NCBI GenBank assembly: GCA_035873375.1 | Contig: JAYWMQ010000006.1 | Span: 65,551 to 129,550, forward strand | DNA from: Nitrospirota bacterium | GTDB lineage: Bacteria > Nitrospirota > Thermodesulfovibrionia > Thermodesulfovibrionales > JdFR-85 | Direction: 5' to 3' | Length of the DNA stretch: 64,000 nucleotides | Shown: one piece after another, positions 9,633 through 19,256 of the stretch | Position numbering within the stretch: position 1 is the first letter of the stretch | How the letters are laid out: the number at the start of each line of letters is the position of its first letter | Position numbers and translations under genes: made by a program | The notes under the pieces: generated by a model | Seen by the model: the letters and a program-made list of their open reading frames with translations, nothing else | What the model was told of the DNA's origin: nothing | Databases searched by the model: none

Positions 9633-10309
9633 GGAATAAACTTCTTCTTTTTGATATTGACGGCACCCTGATTGATTCGGGACGGGCTGGTACGAGGGCT
9701 CTGGACAAGGTCTTTCTCAATCTCTTTGGCATCAGGGATGCATTTAAGGGGATCAGGATGGCCGGCAAAACCGATATCCAGATAATCAGGGAGTGCCTGA
9801 GGGTCCACGGGATACCTGACAGTGTTGGTGAAATAGAGGGGGTAGTCGGAATGTATATAGATTTATTAACTGAAGAGATAGAGAACCCGTGGCGAAGTGT
9901 AATGGCCGGGGTTGTTGATCTTCTTGAAACCCTCAAGGCAGACGGAATACCCATGGGACTGTTAACCGGAAACATAGAGACGGGTGCAAGGATAAAGCTT
10001 GACTCCTTTGGTCTCAATCAATATTTTACTGCCGGTGCATTCGGCAGTGACCATGAAGACAGGGATATGTTGTTGCCGATTGCGGTTGCAAGATTCTCCG
10101 CGCTTGGTATAAACGTTCCTCCAGAAAGGTGTATTGTTATAGGTGATACCCCCAGGGATGTAAGATGTGCAAGAGTCCACGGGGCTTCGTGTATTGCCGT
10201 CAGTACGGGATCATACAACAAAGAGGCACTTATGGAAGCAGGTGCAGACCTTGTGCTGGAGAGTCTGGAGAACAGGGAAGCCTGCCTGAGCTTTATGTCA
10301 ACAGCCTAA
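9629..10309 (+). CDS. HAD-superfamily hydrolase (phosphoglycolate-phosphatase-like)
   Basis: LLLFDIDGTLIDS motif I, LLTGN motif II, VIGDTPRDVRCA motif III/IV. ATG 9629 forms an ATGA overlap with the permease stop. The track start is GTG 9617. Confidence 0.85.
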   Translation: MRNKLLLFDIDGTLIDSGRAGTRALDKVFLNLFGIRDAFKGIRMAGKTDIQIIRECLRVHGIPDSVGEIEGVVGMYIDLLTEEIENPWRSVMAGVVDLLETLKADGIPMGLLTGNIETGARIKLDSFGLNQYFTAGAFGSDHEDRDMLLPIAVARFSALGINVPPERCIVIGDTPRDVRCARVHGASCIAVSTGSYNKEALMEAGADLVLESLENREACLSFMSTA

Positions 10310-10340
10310 GTATAAGATGAAATGCTTCAGTTGGCTTTTC

Positions 10341-10532
10341 TCATGTCTTAAAAACTTCCTTTTTGTAACTATTACTTGTATTTATCCGAGAAGAGAGTTA
10401 AACTTATAGCTAAGGGGAGTCTTACATCATCTCTTTTCTTCTCAAAGCAGGGGGGATAAATATCTGTACTTCCATATTTAAACTCAATTTGTGTCTTACG
10501 GTTACAATCTTTTTAAATGAGGAGGAGAAGGT
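10341..10532 (+). repeat. Duplicated 5' regulatory region, copy 1 (paralogous to 13543-13745)
   Basis: Shared blocks TCATGTCTTAAAAACT, GTAACTATTA, ATTTATCCGA, CTTCCATATTTAAA, AAACTCAATTTGTGTCTT and the RBS GAGGAGGAGAAG, all ahead of the ATG. Confidence 0.8.
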
Positions 10533-13427
10533 ATGCTGAAAAAAATGTGTTTCAAGACTTTCATGGGGGTGCTTATTGTCCTTTTTGCCGGATTGTGGAT
10601 TACCGGTGATGTTGCAGATGCGAGTTCCGGAGGTATGAAGCAAAGAGAGCATCATAGACACCACTCTCCCGGCGCTTCTTACAACGTAGGCGGCATAGTA
10701 AACGAACTTGGCGATGGTGAAACGGTCGTTCTTCTAAACAACGGCAGGGATAAACTTGAAATTACGGCAAACGGTGTTTTTGCCTTCTCCACACCGGTTT
10801 CCGACTTGGCCACCTACGATGTTACGGTTGAAACTCAGCCGAGCAACCAATATTGCCGCATCAATAACGGCAGCGGAACAATAAACGGTGAGGACATAAC
10901 CGATATAACCATTAGGTGTTCTATCTTTTCCGTTGCCATTGCAGCTGGGAACAACCATGCAGTAGTGCTTAAAAACGACGGCACAGTATGGACATGGGGA
11001 AATAACAACCTAATGCCGTTTCAGGTAATCGGACTTACAGACGTTATCGCCATTGCGGCCGGAGATGGTCATACAGTCGCGCTTAAAAGCGACGGTACAG
11101 TATGGACCTGGGGTGATAACAAATATGGACAACTGGGTAATGGAACAAGAACACGCAGTTATACTCCTGTGCAGGTATGCGATACCGGTGAGACCGCTCC
11201 GTGCACCAACTTCCTAACGGATGTAATCGACATCACCGCTGGAGGTGACAATATAGTGGGTATGGCGCATACAGTTGCTCTTAAGTCGGACGGCACGGTG
11301 TGGGCATGGGGAAGTAACCAGTACGGCCAGCTGGGAAATGGAACGACGACAAGAAGTACCACGCCGGTTCAGGTAAGCGGTCTTACAACTGTTGTCGCAA
11401 TTGCTGCAGGAAAAAATTATACCATTGCGCTTAAAGCCGACGGTACGGTAAGGGCTTGGGGAAGGAACTGGCCCGGTACGCTGGGAGATGGGACGACAGA
11501 TGAGAGCACCACGCCGGTGGAGGTAAGCGGCCTAACGGATATTAATGCAATTGCGGCCGGAAACGATCATACCCTCGCGCTTAAAATCGACGGCACGGTA
11601 TGGGCCTGGGGAGGGAACATCCATGGTCAGCTGGGAGACGGAACGAGTACATATAAAATCACGCCGATTCAGGTAAGCGGCCTTACTGACGTTGACGCAA
11701 TAGCCGCCGGATGGGGGCACAGCATCGCACTTAAATCCGATGGTACAACCTGGACGTGGGGAGATAACAAATATGGCCAGTTGGGAAGAACTGCAACTTA
11801 TTACTGGGATTATTACACGCCTGCACCGGTAGACTCCCTCATGGACGTAATCGGTATTGCGGCCGGAGGCTCTTTAGCTATAGAGAACACAGCGTTCTCT
11901 CAAGGGTACAGTCTATCGCTTAAATCTGACGGCACGGTCTGGGCATGGGGAGATAATCAATACGGCCAGTTGGGCGATGGCACAAGGACAAACAGCCTTA
12001 CGCCGGTACAAGTGTTGGGTGAAACAGCTCCCTACATTGTGGACAACTACAGTTTGGGCGGTACGGTAAACGGTCTTGTTGATGGAGAAACTATTGTTCT
12101 TCAAAACAACGGCGTGAACGACCTGACAATAACGGCAGACGGTGTTTTTAGCTTCTCCACACCGGTCTCTGACTTGGCCGCCTATAACGTTGCGATTTCA
12201 ACCCAGCCGGATAGCCGGTTTTGCAGGGTCGATAACGACAGCGGAACAATAAACGGCGAGGATGTAACCGACATCTCGGTTACATGCTTCGACTTTTTTG
12301 CGGATGTAACTGCTGTTGCGTCAGGAAGTCGTTTTACCATTGCGCTTAAGGCTGATGGTACGGTATGGGCTTGGGGAGCTGGAGGCGCTCTGGGAGACGG
12401 AACAGAGACAAGTAGTGCCACACCTGTGCAGGTTTGTGATGCCGGAGAAACCGCTCCCTGCTCCAGTTTTCTCACGGATGTCGCTGCTATCGGTGCCGGG
12501 GATTCCAATGCTGTCGCGCTTAAAACCGACGGTACGGTCTGGGCCTGGGGAAATAACAGTGATGGACAGCTGGGTGACGGTACAACGACGAGCAGCAGGG
12601 TGCCCATTCAGGTCGACATAACCGCCATTGCCAGCGGAGCTGCTCATACAATTATTCTTAAAACCGACGGTACGGTCTGGGCCTGGGGATGGAACTACTA
12701 TGGCCAGCTGGGAGACGGAACGACAATAGATCGCACCACGCCTGTGCAGGTAAGCGGACTTACAGACGTAATCGCCATTGCGGCTGGAGTTTATCATAAC
12801 GTTGCGCTTAAAAGCGACGGCACGGTCTGGGCCTGGGGGTATAATGGTCTGGGCCAGCTGGGAGACGGAACGACAATAGATCGCTTAACGCCTGTTCAGG
12901 TAAGCGACCTCTCAAACGTAACCGTCATTGCGGCAAAGCCCTATTCTGCTCTCGCTCTGAAGAGCGAAGGTACAGTGTGGACGTGGGGAGCAATAGGACG
13001 TCTGGATATAACGACAACTGAAACCTGTAATAACAAGCCTTGCTCAACAACGCCTGTGCAGGCAAACGACCTCACGGACGTAACTGATATCGCTGCTGGC
13101 CGCGGTTTTAGTGATAATACAATTGTACTTAAGAGCGACGGCACAGTCTGGGCTTGGGGAGATAATGGGTCTGGCACGCTGGGAGATGGGACGACAACAG
13201 ATAGCTCCACGCCTGTGCAGGTAAACGAACTCACGGATGTAATCGACATCACGGCCGGAAATGGTCATGCAATTGCGCTTAAAACCGACGGTACGGTATG
13301 GGCCTGGGGAAATAATTCCTGGAGTCAGTTGGGGTTGGCAGTGACTACAAGCTGCCCCGACATAGATATGGGTGTGTTTTACTATCCGTGCTCCACTACG
13401 CCCGTACCGGTCCTGGTAACGCCGTAA
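10533..13427 (+). CDS. Secreted RCC1-repeat protein: two (beta-sandwich module + 7-bladed RCC1 propeller) units
   Basis: Signal peptide. Fourteen repeats of about 50 aa of the form AAGxxHxxALKxDGTVWAWGxNxYGQLGDGTT..TPVQV. Two roughly 80-aa modules at aa 50-130 and about 506-586. Confidence 0.9.
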   Translation: MLKKMCFKTFMGVLIVLFAGLWITGDVADASSGGMKQREHHRHHSPGASYNVGGIVNELGDGETVVLLNNGRDKLEITANGVFAFSTPVSDLATYDVTVETQPSNQYCRINNGSGTINGEDITDITIRCSIFSVAIAAGNNHAVVLKNDGTVWTWGNNNLMPFQVIGLTDVIAIAAGDGHTVALKSDGTVWTWGDNKYGQLGNGTRTRSYTPVQVCDTGETAPCTNFLTDVIDITAGGDNIVGMAHTVALKSDGTVWAWGSNQYGQLGNGTTTRSTTPVQVSGLTTVVAIAAGKNYTIALKADGTVRAWGRNWPGTLGDGTTDESTTPVEVSGLTDINAIAAGNDHTLALKIDGTVWAWGGNIHGQLGDGTSTYKITPIQVSGLTDVDAIAAGWGHSIALKSDGTTWTWGDNKYGQLGRTATYYWDYYTPAPVDSLMDVIGIAAGGSLAIENTAFSQGYSLSLKSDGTVWAWGDNQYGQLGDGTRTNSLTPVQVLGETAPYIVDNYSLGGTVNGLVDGETIVLQNNGVNDLTITADGVFSFSTPVSDLAAYNVAISTQPDSRFCRVDNDSGTINGEDVTDISVTCFDFFADVTAVASGSRFTIALKADGTVWAWGAGGALGDGTETSSATPVQVCDAGETAPCSSFLTDVAAIGAGDSNAVALKTDGTVWAWGNNSDGQLGDGTTTSSRVPIQVDITAIASGAAHTIILKTDGTVWAWGWNYYGQLGDGTTIDRTTPVQVSGLTDVIAIAAGVYHNVALKSDGTVWAWGYNGLGQLGDGTTIDRLTPVQVSDLSNVTVIAAKPYSALALKSEGTVWTWGAIGRLDITTTETCNNKPCSTTPVQANDLTDVTDIAAGRGFSDNTIVLKSDGTVWAWGDNGSGTLGDGTTTDSSTPVQVNELTDVIDITAGNGHAIALKTDGTVWAWGNNSWSQLGLAVTTSCPDIDMGVFYYPCSTTPVPVLVTP

Positions 13428-13436
13428 CGCTTATCG

Positions 13437-13483
13437 CTCTTTGCACCCTCTGTGGTTTTCTTTTTCACAGTGGGTGCAAAGAG
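13437..13483 (+). terminator. Hairpin downstream of the first RCC1 gene
   Basis: CTCTTTGCACCC-T-CTGTG / loop / CACAG-T-GGGTGCAAAGAG, 10 nt after the stop. Only a weak T tract follows (GTTTTG). Homologous to the hairpin after the second gene. Confidence 0.6.
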
Positions 13484-13542
13484 CAGCCGTTTTGCTGATG
13501 CATACCCATCCTTCATTCATCCCTCCCTGAGTTTATCTCTTT

Positions 13543-13745
13543 TCATGTCTTAAAAACTCCCTTTTCGTAACTATTAGTAGCATTTATCCGAAAGAAGTGT
13601 TATGCTTATACCTAAGGGAAATCGTTTCCCTATTTTTATAGTCCTCACTATAGAAGAATATCTGAATTGATGCTTCCATATTTAAAATTTAAACTCAATT
13701 TGTGTCTTGCAGTTACCATATATTTTTTAATAAGGAGGAGAAGAT
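13543..13745 (+). repeat. Duplicated 5' regulatory region, copy 2
   Basis: Aligns block by block with 10341-10532 (see that entry). Confidence 0.8.
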
Positions 13746-16181
13746 ATGCTGAAAGGAGCGAGGTTCAGGACTTTCATAGGGGTGCTTATTCTTCTTTTTG
13801 CCGGATTGTGGATTACCGGCTGTACTGAAGAGATAGGTTCAATGGGGATGAAGCATAAGTACGATCATGACAGTGCGGATGAGACAAAGGTCATTGCCGT
13901 AGCGGGTGGAAACTTTTACTCCGTTGAGCTTAAATCAGACGGTACGGTCTGGACATGGGGAAGGAACGAATCCGGCCAGCTGGGAGACGGGACAACGATA
14001 GACAGTCCGGCGCCGATACAGATAAGCGGACTCACGGATGTAACCGCCGTTGCAGGCGGGGGTTACCATGCAATGGCGATTAAAGATGACGGCACGGTGT
14101 GGGCATGGGGAAGTAACAATGCAGGTCAGTTGGGCGATGGAACGACGACAGACAGGACTACGCCGGTGCAGGTGATCGGGCTTGCGGACGTGACCGCCGT
14201 TGCTGCCGGATGGAATCATAGCATAGCACTCAAAGCCGATGGCACGGTGTGGGTATGGGGCTGGAATGGAGGAGGCCTGCTGGGAGTGGAAACAACCGAA
14301 AAATGCGAGTTTGGCTCTCCAGCCCTGTCTTGTTCCACCACGCCGGTGCAGGTAAGTGAACTTACGAATATAACCGCTATTGCAGCCGGAAGTTACTATT
14401 CCATAGCACTCGAAGATGACGGTACGGTCTGGACCTGGGGAAATAACTATGCAGGTCAGTTGGGGAGAACAGAAGACGGAAACACACCTACACCAGTGGC
14501 CTCCCTTACGGATATAACCGCTATTGCAGCCGGAGCTTATCATACCGTAGCGCTTAAAGCCGATGGAGCTGTATGGGGATGGGGGAGCAATGAACACGGT
14601 CAGCTGGGAGACGGTACGGCGACATGGAACTCCATCACACCGGTACAAGCAAGCGGACTTACGGATGTAATCGCCATCACCGCCGGAGGCAAAACAAATT
14701 CGGGGCATACCATGGCGCTTAAAGCTGACGGTACCGTATGGGCATGGGGAAGCAATGAACACGGCCAGCTGGGTGTAATAACAACGGAAGTTTGTGAAAT
14801 ATCCCTGACTGCTGGTCGAACCGGGACTACTTATTCTAATCTTTGTTCCACCACGCCGGTGCAGGTAAGCGATTTTCCTGACATAACTGCCATTACAGCT
14901 GGATATTACCATAGTATTGCGGTAAAAGAGGATGGCACAGCATGGGCATGGGGAGATAACAAATACGGCCAGGTGGGGGCGGCAACAACTGAAGTTTGCG
15001 GTTATGGGGATTTTGATTGCAGTCCCACACCCGTACCTGTAAGGAGCAAAGTACCAGGCACATTCAGCATAGGTGGTACGGTAAGCGGTCTTGCTGGAAC
15101 GTTGGTCATTCAAAACAATGGAGGAGATGATCTGGTAATCACGGAGAATGGCTCTTTTACCTTTGCAACAGAACTTGAGGACCTGGATGTTTATGATATA
15201 GGGATTTTAACCCAACCTGATGGTCAGACATGCGAAATCACAAGTGCCAATACTGGAAGGGTCAATGCAACGGACGTAACGGACATAGAGATTGTATGCC
15301 CCTATCCCTTTACGGAAGTCGTTGCTATTGCTGCCGGAACTTTTCATTCCATTGCTCTCAGAACCGACGGTACGGTCTGGACGTGGGGACAAAACTTTAA
15401 CGGTCAGTTGGGTGATGGGACAAGAGATAACAGCCCTGTACCTGTACAGGTCGGATTGTCGGATGTTACCGCAATTGCTGCGCGAAATACTGGTAGCATA
15501 GCGCTTAAAAGCGACGGCACAGTATGGACGTGGGCGAGAGATGGTTACTTTATACCCGTACAGTTAAATGGACTTACGGATATAAGCGCCATCGCTGGGG
15601 GAGGCAACCACTCTCTTGCTATCAAAGCCGTTGACACGCTGTGGGCGTGGGGAAAGAATTTCTCTGGCCAGCTGGGAGACGGAACAACGACGGACAGCTA
15701 CACGCCTGTAAAGGTATCCGGTCTTACAGACGTAAACGCCGTTGCCGGGGGACTCTACCATACCGTAGCACTTAAAAGCGACGGTACGGTGTGGACGTGG
15801 GGATGGAACGAATACGGACAGTTGGGAGACGGAACGACGATAGACAGCCATATCCCTATACAGGTGAGCGGCCTTACGGACATTGTCGCAGTAGCGGCCG
15901 GAAGCGGTCACACAGTGGTTCTTAAAAGCGATGGTGCGGTGTGGGCATGGGGTGGAAACTCTGACGGCCAGCTGGGAGATGGAACGACGATAGACAGCCG
16001 TATCCCTATACAGGTGAGCGGCCTTACGGACATTGTCGCAGTAGCGGCCGGAAGTGGTCATACAATGGCTCTTAAAAGCGATGGCACGGTGTGGGCATGG
16101 GGAAGTAACGCCTCCGGGCAGTTGGGAGATGGAACGACAACAAACAGTACCACACCTGTACAGGTAGTACTGAGACCATAA
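13746..16181 (+). CDS. RCC1-repeat lipoprotein: propeller + beta-sandwich module + propeller
   Basis: Signal peptide ending in lipobox ITGC (Cys26). Thirteen RCC1 repeats. One 80-aa module, FSIGGTVSGLAGTLVIQNNGGDDLVITENGSFTFAT...DVTDIEIVC. Confidence 0.9.
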   Translation: MLKGARFRTFIGVLILLFAGLWITGCTEEIGSMGMKHKYDHDSADETKVIAVAGGNFYSVELKSDGTVWTWGRNESGQLGDGTTIDSPAPIQISGLTDVTAVAGGGYHAMAIKDDGTVWAWGSNNAGQLGDGTTTDRTTPVQVIGLADVTAVAAGWNHSIALKADGTVWVWGWNGGGLLGVETTEKCEFGSPALSCSTTPVQVSELTNITAIAAGSYYSIALEDDGTVWTWGNNYAGQLGRTEDGNTPTPVASLTDITAIAAGAYHTVALKADGAVWGWGSNEHGQLGDGTATWNSITPVQASGLTDVIAITAGGKTNSGHTMALKADGTVWAWGSNEHGQLGVITTEVCEISLTAGRTGTTYSNLCSTTPVQVSDFPDITAITAGYYHSIAVKEDGTAWAWGDNKYGQVGAATTEVCGYGDFDCSPTPVPVRSKVPGTFSIGGTVSGLAGTLVIQNNGGDDLVITENGSFTFATELEDLDVYDIGILTQPDGQTCEITSANTGRVNATDVTDIEIVCPYPFTEVVAIAAGTFHSIALRTDGTVWTWGQNFNGQLGDGTRDNSPVPVQVGLSDVTAIAARNTGSIALKSDGTVWTWARDGYFIPVQLNGLTDISAIAGGGNHSLAIKAVDTLWAWGKNFSGQLGDGTTTDSYTPVKVSGLTDVNAVAGGLYHTVALKSDGTVWTWGWNEYGQLGDGTTIDSHIPIQVSGLTDIVAVAAGSGHTVVLKSDGAVWAWGGNSDGQLGDGTTIDSRIPIQVSGLTDIVAVAAGSGHTMALKSDGTVWAWGSNASGQLGDGTTTNSTTPVQVVLRP
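15831..16130 (+). repeat. Near-identical 150-bp tandem duplication (one RCC1 blade)
   Basis: 15831-15980 versus 15981-16130. The first 74 nt differ at 1 position. Encodes DGTTIDS(H/R)IPIQVSGLTDIVAVAAGSGHT... twice. Confidence 0.9.
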
Positions 16182-16190
16182 AGCGCCCCG

Positions 16191-16233
16191 CCTTTGCTCC
16201 CTCTATGGTTTTTCACCACAGAGGGAGCAAAGG
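16191..16233 (+). terminator. Hairpin downstream of the second RCC1 gene
   Basis: Perfect 14-bp stem CCTTTGCTCCCTCT / AGAGGGAGCAAAGG with a 15-nt loop, 10 nt after the stop. No clear U tract. Confidence 0.55.
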
Positions 16234-16494
16234 GGTAGCCGTCTTCGCCTATACCGAGATTCACCATTCAGACCTGTCCGCCTTTCGGCAAAGAGGCCAT
16301 CTTGGGGAATATTGACGGGTACTGCCCCGTTCAGTAATAATCCTTCCGGCAAATCAAACGTTTCTACAAATTTCTTGTAATAAACATTATATTGCTTTTG
16401 TTTCTGAACTGTGATACTATCTTTATAAACCCAATTTCGCATATTAATTTTTTGCCTCAGGGGGGGCTGCAGGCATAATGACCACGTTACACTT

Positions 16495-18486
16495 ATGAAC
16501 CTGTCTGTTTATTGCCCACCTTGTGAGGAGGGGAACTTGGAAAGCCAAAATGATAAGTCAAGCAATGTCTCTTGCATAGACGAGAAATGGTTCCACGCTG
16601 TCTGTAAAAGCATCGGGGATGCTGTTATGGCAACCGATAAAGCCGGCATTGTGCAGTATTTGAATCCGGTCTCCGAAAGACTGACCGGTTGGCTGGAAAA
16701 GGATGCTGTGGGAAGACCGCTGGAGAGCGTTTTCCGGATCATAAATGAGGAAACCCGTAAAGAGGTGGAGGACCCGGTCAAGAAGGTCTTGCGCGAAGGC
16801 CGGGCTGTAGGATTGGCAAACCCTACCCTGCTAATTTCAAAAGACGGAACAGAAATCCCCATTGCTGACAGCGGTTCACCCATCAGAGACTGTAAAGATG
16901 AAATCGTCGGTGTGGTACTGGTTTTCAGTGACCAGACCGAGGAACGCAAGGCGCAGTATGCCTTGCAGGAGGCCAAGGAATTTGCTGAAAGCATCGTTGC
17001 CACCATCCGTGAACCACTAATTGTCCTTGATGCACAATTGAAGGTAATTTCCGCCAATCATCGCTTCTGCCAATCATTCCAGGTGGAAGAGAAGGAAACA
17101 GCCGGCAGACACATTTATGATCTGGGTAACCGGCAATGGGATATTCCCGGACTGAGGGAGCTGCTGGAAGATATTTTGCCACAGAACACCAGTTTCAGCG
17201 ATTTTAAGGTGGAACACGAGTTCGAACATATCGGAAAACGCATTATGCTGTTAAACGCCCGGCGTATATACCACGAAGCGAACAAGACCAGGCTGATCCT
17301 GCTCTCTATTGAGGATGTCACAGAACACTTACGACTGGAGGATCAATACCGTCAGGCGCAAAAGCTGGAGGCCATTGGTCTTCTTTCAGGAGGCGTGGCC
17401 CATGACTTCAATAACCTCCTGACGGTGATTCTTGGCTATGGCGAGGTCATTCTACGAAGACTCCACCGGGATGACCCGTTGCGACAGGATATCAATAAGA
17501 TTCTAAATGCATGCCACCAGGGTGCTAGTCTGACGCATCAACTTCTGGCCTTCAGCCGCAGGCAGACTCTTCAACCCGAGGTTATCGAACTTAACAGGCT
17601 TCTTGACGATCAGCAGAAACTGCTCAGGAGACTGATTGGCGAGAACATCGAGTTCATAACAACGTTTGCTGACAACCTTGGCCGTGTAAAGGCAGACCCC
17701 GGCCAGATTGAACAGGTCATTATGAACCTTGCCGTTAATGCCAGGGATGCCATGCCCCGTGGCGGCAAACTGATTATTGAGACCTCTAATGTTGAGCTTG
17801 ACAAGGAGTACAGTAAGGGTCACATAAGTGTTGTGCCGGGAAAGTATGTAATGCTCGCCATTACAGATACGGGGGTCGGCATGGATAAGGAGACCCGGGG
17901 GAAGATATTTGAGCCTTTTTTCACCACCAAGGAACTGGGTAGAGGAACGGGCCTGGGTCTGTCGACTGTCTACGGAATCGTCAAACAGTCCGGCGGCCAC
18001 ATCTGGGTCTACAGCGAACCGGATAAGGGCACGACTTTCAAGATATATCTGCCTTGCACAGAGGATGCTCCTACTGCCAAGGTTGAACATGAGGAGGTGG
18101 AAGTACAGAGTGGCTGCGGGCATATACTCGTTGTGGAAGATGAGTCAGCAATCCGGGAACTTATAGAGATACAGCTTGAAAACCTGGGTTATCAGGTTAC
18201 CCTGGCCGCAAATGGCGGAGAAGCCCTTCTGGCTATCGAAGAAAAGGGGATTAGACCTGATCTGCTCATAACGGACGTAGTCATGCCCGGGATGAGTGGT
18301 GTAGTGTTGCTCAAACGGCTCCGCAAGACCCTTCCGGAGCTCAGGGTGCTCTTCATGTCAGGTTACACCGACAATGTCATCGTCCACCAAGGCATTCTCG
18401 ATCCGGGCATTCCTTTTATTCAGAAACCGTTCTCAATTAAGGGCCTTTCGGCCATTGTGTGTAAGGAATTACAAAGCAGCAAATGA
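16495..18486 (+). CDS. Hybrid sensor histidine kinase (2 PAS + HisKA + HATPase_c + receiver)
   Basis: PAS-like segments. H-box [18 protein letters not shown]-box [11 protein letters not shown]-boxes DTGVGM and GTGLGLS. C-terminal REC ILVVEDE...[14 protein letters not shown]...KPF. Confidence 0.9.
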   Translation: MNLSVYCPPCEEGNLESQNDKSSNVSCIDEKWFHAVCKSIGDAVMATDKAGIVQYLNPVSERLTGWLEKDAVGRPLESVFRIINEETRKEVEDPVKKVLREGRAVGLANPTLLISKDGTEIPIADSGSPIRDCKDEIVGVVLVFSDQTEERKAQYALQEAKEFAESIVATIREPLIVLDAQLKVISANHRFCQSFQVEEKETAGRHIYDLGNRQWDIPGLRELLEDILPQNTSFSDFKVEHEFEHIGKRIMLLNARRIYHEANKTRLILLSIEDVTEHLRLEDQYRQAQKLEAIGLLSGGVAHDFNNLLTVILGYGEVILRRLHRDDPLRQDINKILNACHQGASLTHQLLAFSRRQTLQPEVIELNRLLDDQQKLLRRLIGENIEFITTFADNLGRVKADPGQIEQVIMNLAVNARDAMPRGGKLIIETSNVELDKEYSKGHISVVPGKYVMLAITDTGVGMDKETRGKIFEPFFTTKELGRGTGLGLSTVYGIVKQSGGHIWVYSEPDKGTTFKIYLPCTEDAPTAKVEHEEVEVQSGCGHILVVEDESAIRELIEIQLENLGYQVTLAANGGEALLAIEEKGIRPDLLITDVVMPGMSGVVLLKRLRKTLPELRVLFMSGYTDNVIVHQGILDPGIPFIQKPFSIKGLSAIVCKELQSSK

Positions 18487-18518
18487 GTGGCTATCCGCCT
18501 CTCTTTTCTTAATTTGAA

Positions 18519-19223
18519 TTACTTAGAAAGTCTGATAATATTCCATTCTTTCAACCTTGCATATGTCATTAATCTTTTATCTCCAATCACTGCATACGGA
18601 TTCCCTACCGTCTCAAGCATCTTGCTATCTGATATGTGATCAGAATAGGCATAGCTATATGAAAGGTCTATCTTGTTTTTTTTGGAAAATTCTTTCATTG
18701 CCACTGCTTTTCCCATACCTACAACCGGCAGGGAGTTTAGAATCCTGCCAGTATAGCATCCCCCAACAACTTCAACCCGGGTGCCGATTACATGTTTGAT
18801 TGATAACTTTTTTGCATAAGGCAGAATTAACGGCATATGAGAGCCTGACACCAGAACAACAATATGTTCCGATTCTAAATGCTTGTACAGACATTTCATA
18901 ACTCCCTCATTAAAAGATACTCTCTGATCAATGCCTGAAAACCATTTATCAACGAGAAGTTTATATTCTCTTTCATTCACTCCATTGAGCCTGGCATAAT
19001 ATGTTTTGTTTACGCTCATCCTCTCATCTTTCTTCACAGCCTTTGCCATTAACCTTAAGTAATGAAGGTACGCATTAGCAAAAAGGAAGAGCCTCTTAAA
19101 TGGAAACGCACTATTAGTCCTGCAATGCCGGCAATAATACCAATAAAAGGAACTCATTGTATTTAGATTTAACAAGGTCCCGTCTACATCAAAAAAGGCT
19201 GCAATCTTCATCATCGACTCCAA
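18519..19223 (-). CDS. HAD-IB family hydrolase/phosphatase (SerB-like subfamily)
   Basis: AAFFDVDGTLL motif I, VLVSGS motif II, KAVAMKEF...AYSDHISDSKML motifs III/IV, with a cap insertion typical of HAD-IB. Confidence 0.8.
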   Translation of the reverse strand: MESMMKIAAFFDVDGTLLNLNTMSSFYWYYCRHCRTNSAFPFKRLFLFANAYLHYLRLMAKAVKKDERMSVNKTYYARLNGVNEREYKLLVDKWFSGIDQRVSFNEGVMKCLYKHLESEHIVVLVSGSHMPLILPYAKKLSIKHVIGTRVEVVGGCYTGRILNSLPVVGMGKAVAMKEFSKKNKIDLSYSYAYSDHISDSKMLETVGNPYAVIGDKRLMTYARLKEWNIIRLSK

Positions 19224-19256
19224 AATAAATGGATTTTAAGTATCATCAGTAATTCT

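Noticed and set aside
9556-10017. A 153-aa minus-strand ORF overlapping the permease end and the HAD gene.
   Set aside because: It is antisense to genes with clear HAD and permease motifs, and its translation is Ser/Pro/Arg-rich.
13935-15113. A 392-aa ORF antisense to the second RCC1 gene. Similar long antisense ORFs occur at 12182-12607, 12321-12797, 12941-13252 and 15564-16061.
   Set aside because: These are the expected by-product of highly repetitive, GC-rich Gly/Thr/Trp codons, which lack stop codons on the opposite strand. Their translations are low-complexity (Arg/Cys/Ser-rich), and the sense strand has an unmistakable RCC1 repeat pattern.
16203-16442. A 79-aa minus-strand ORF between the second RCC1 gene and the kinase.
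   Set aside because: It has no RBS, its 3' third is simply the complement of the terminator hairpin (Arg-rich), and I recognised no motif. It could be a gene remnant, but this is unsupported.
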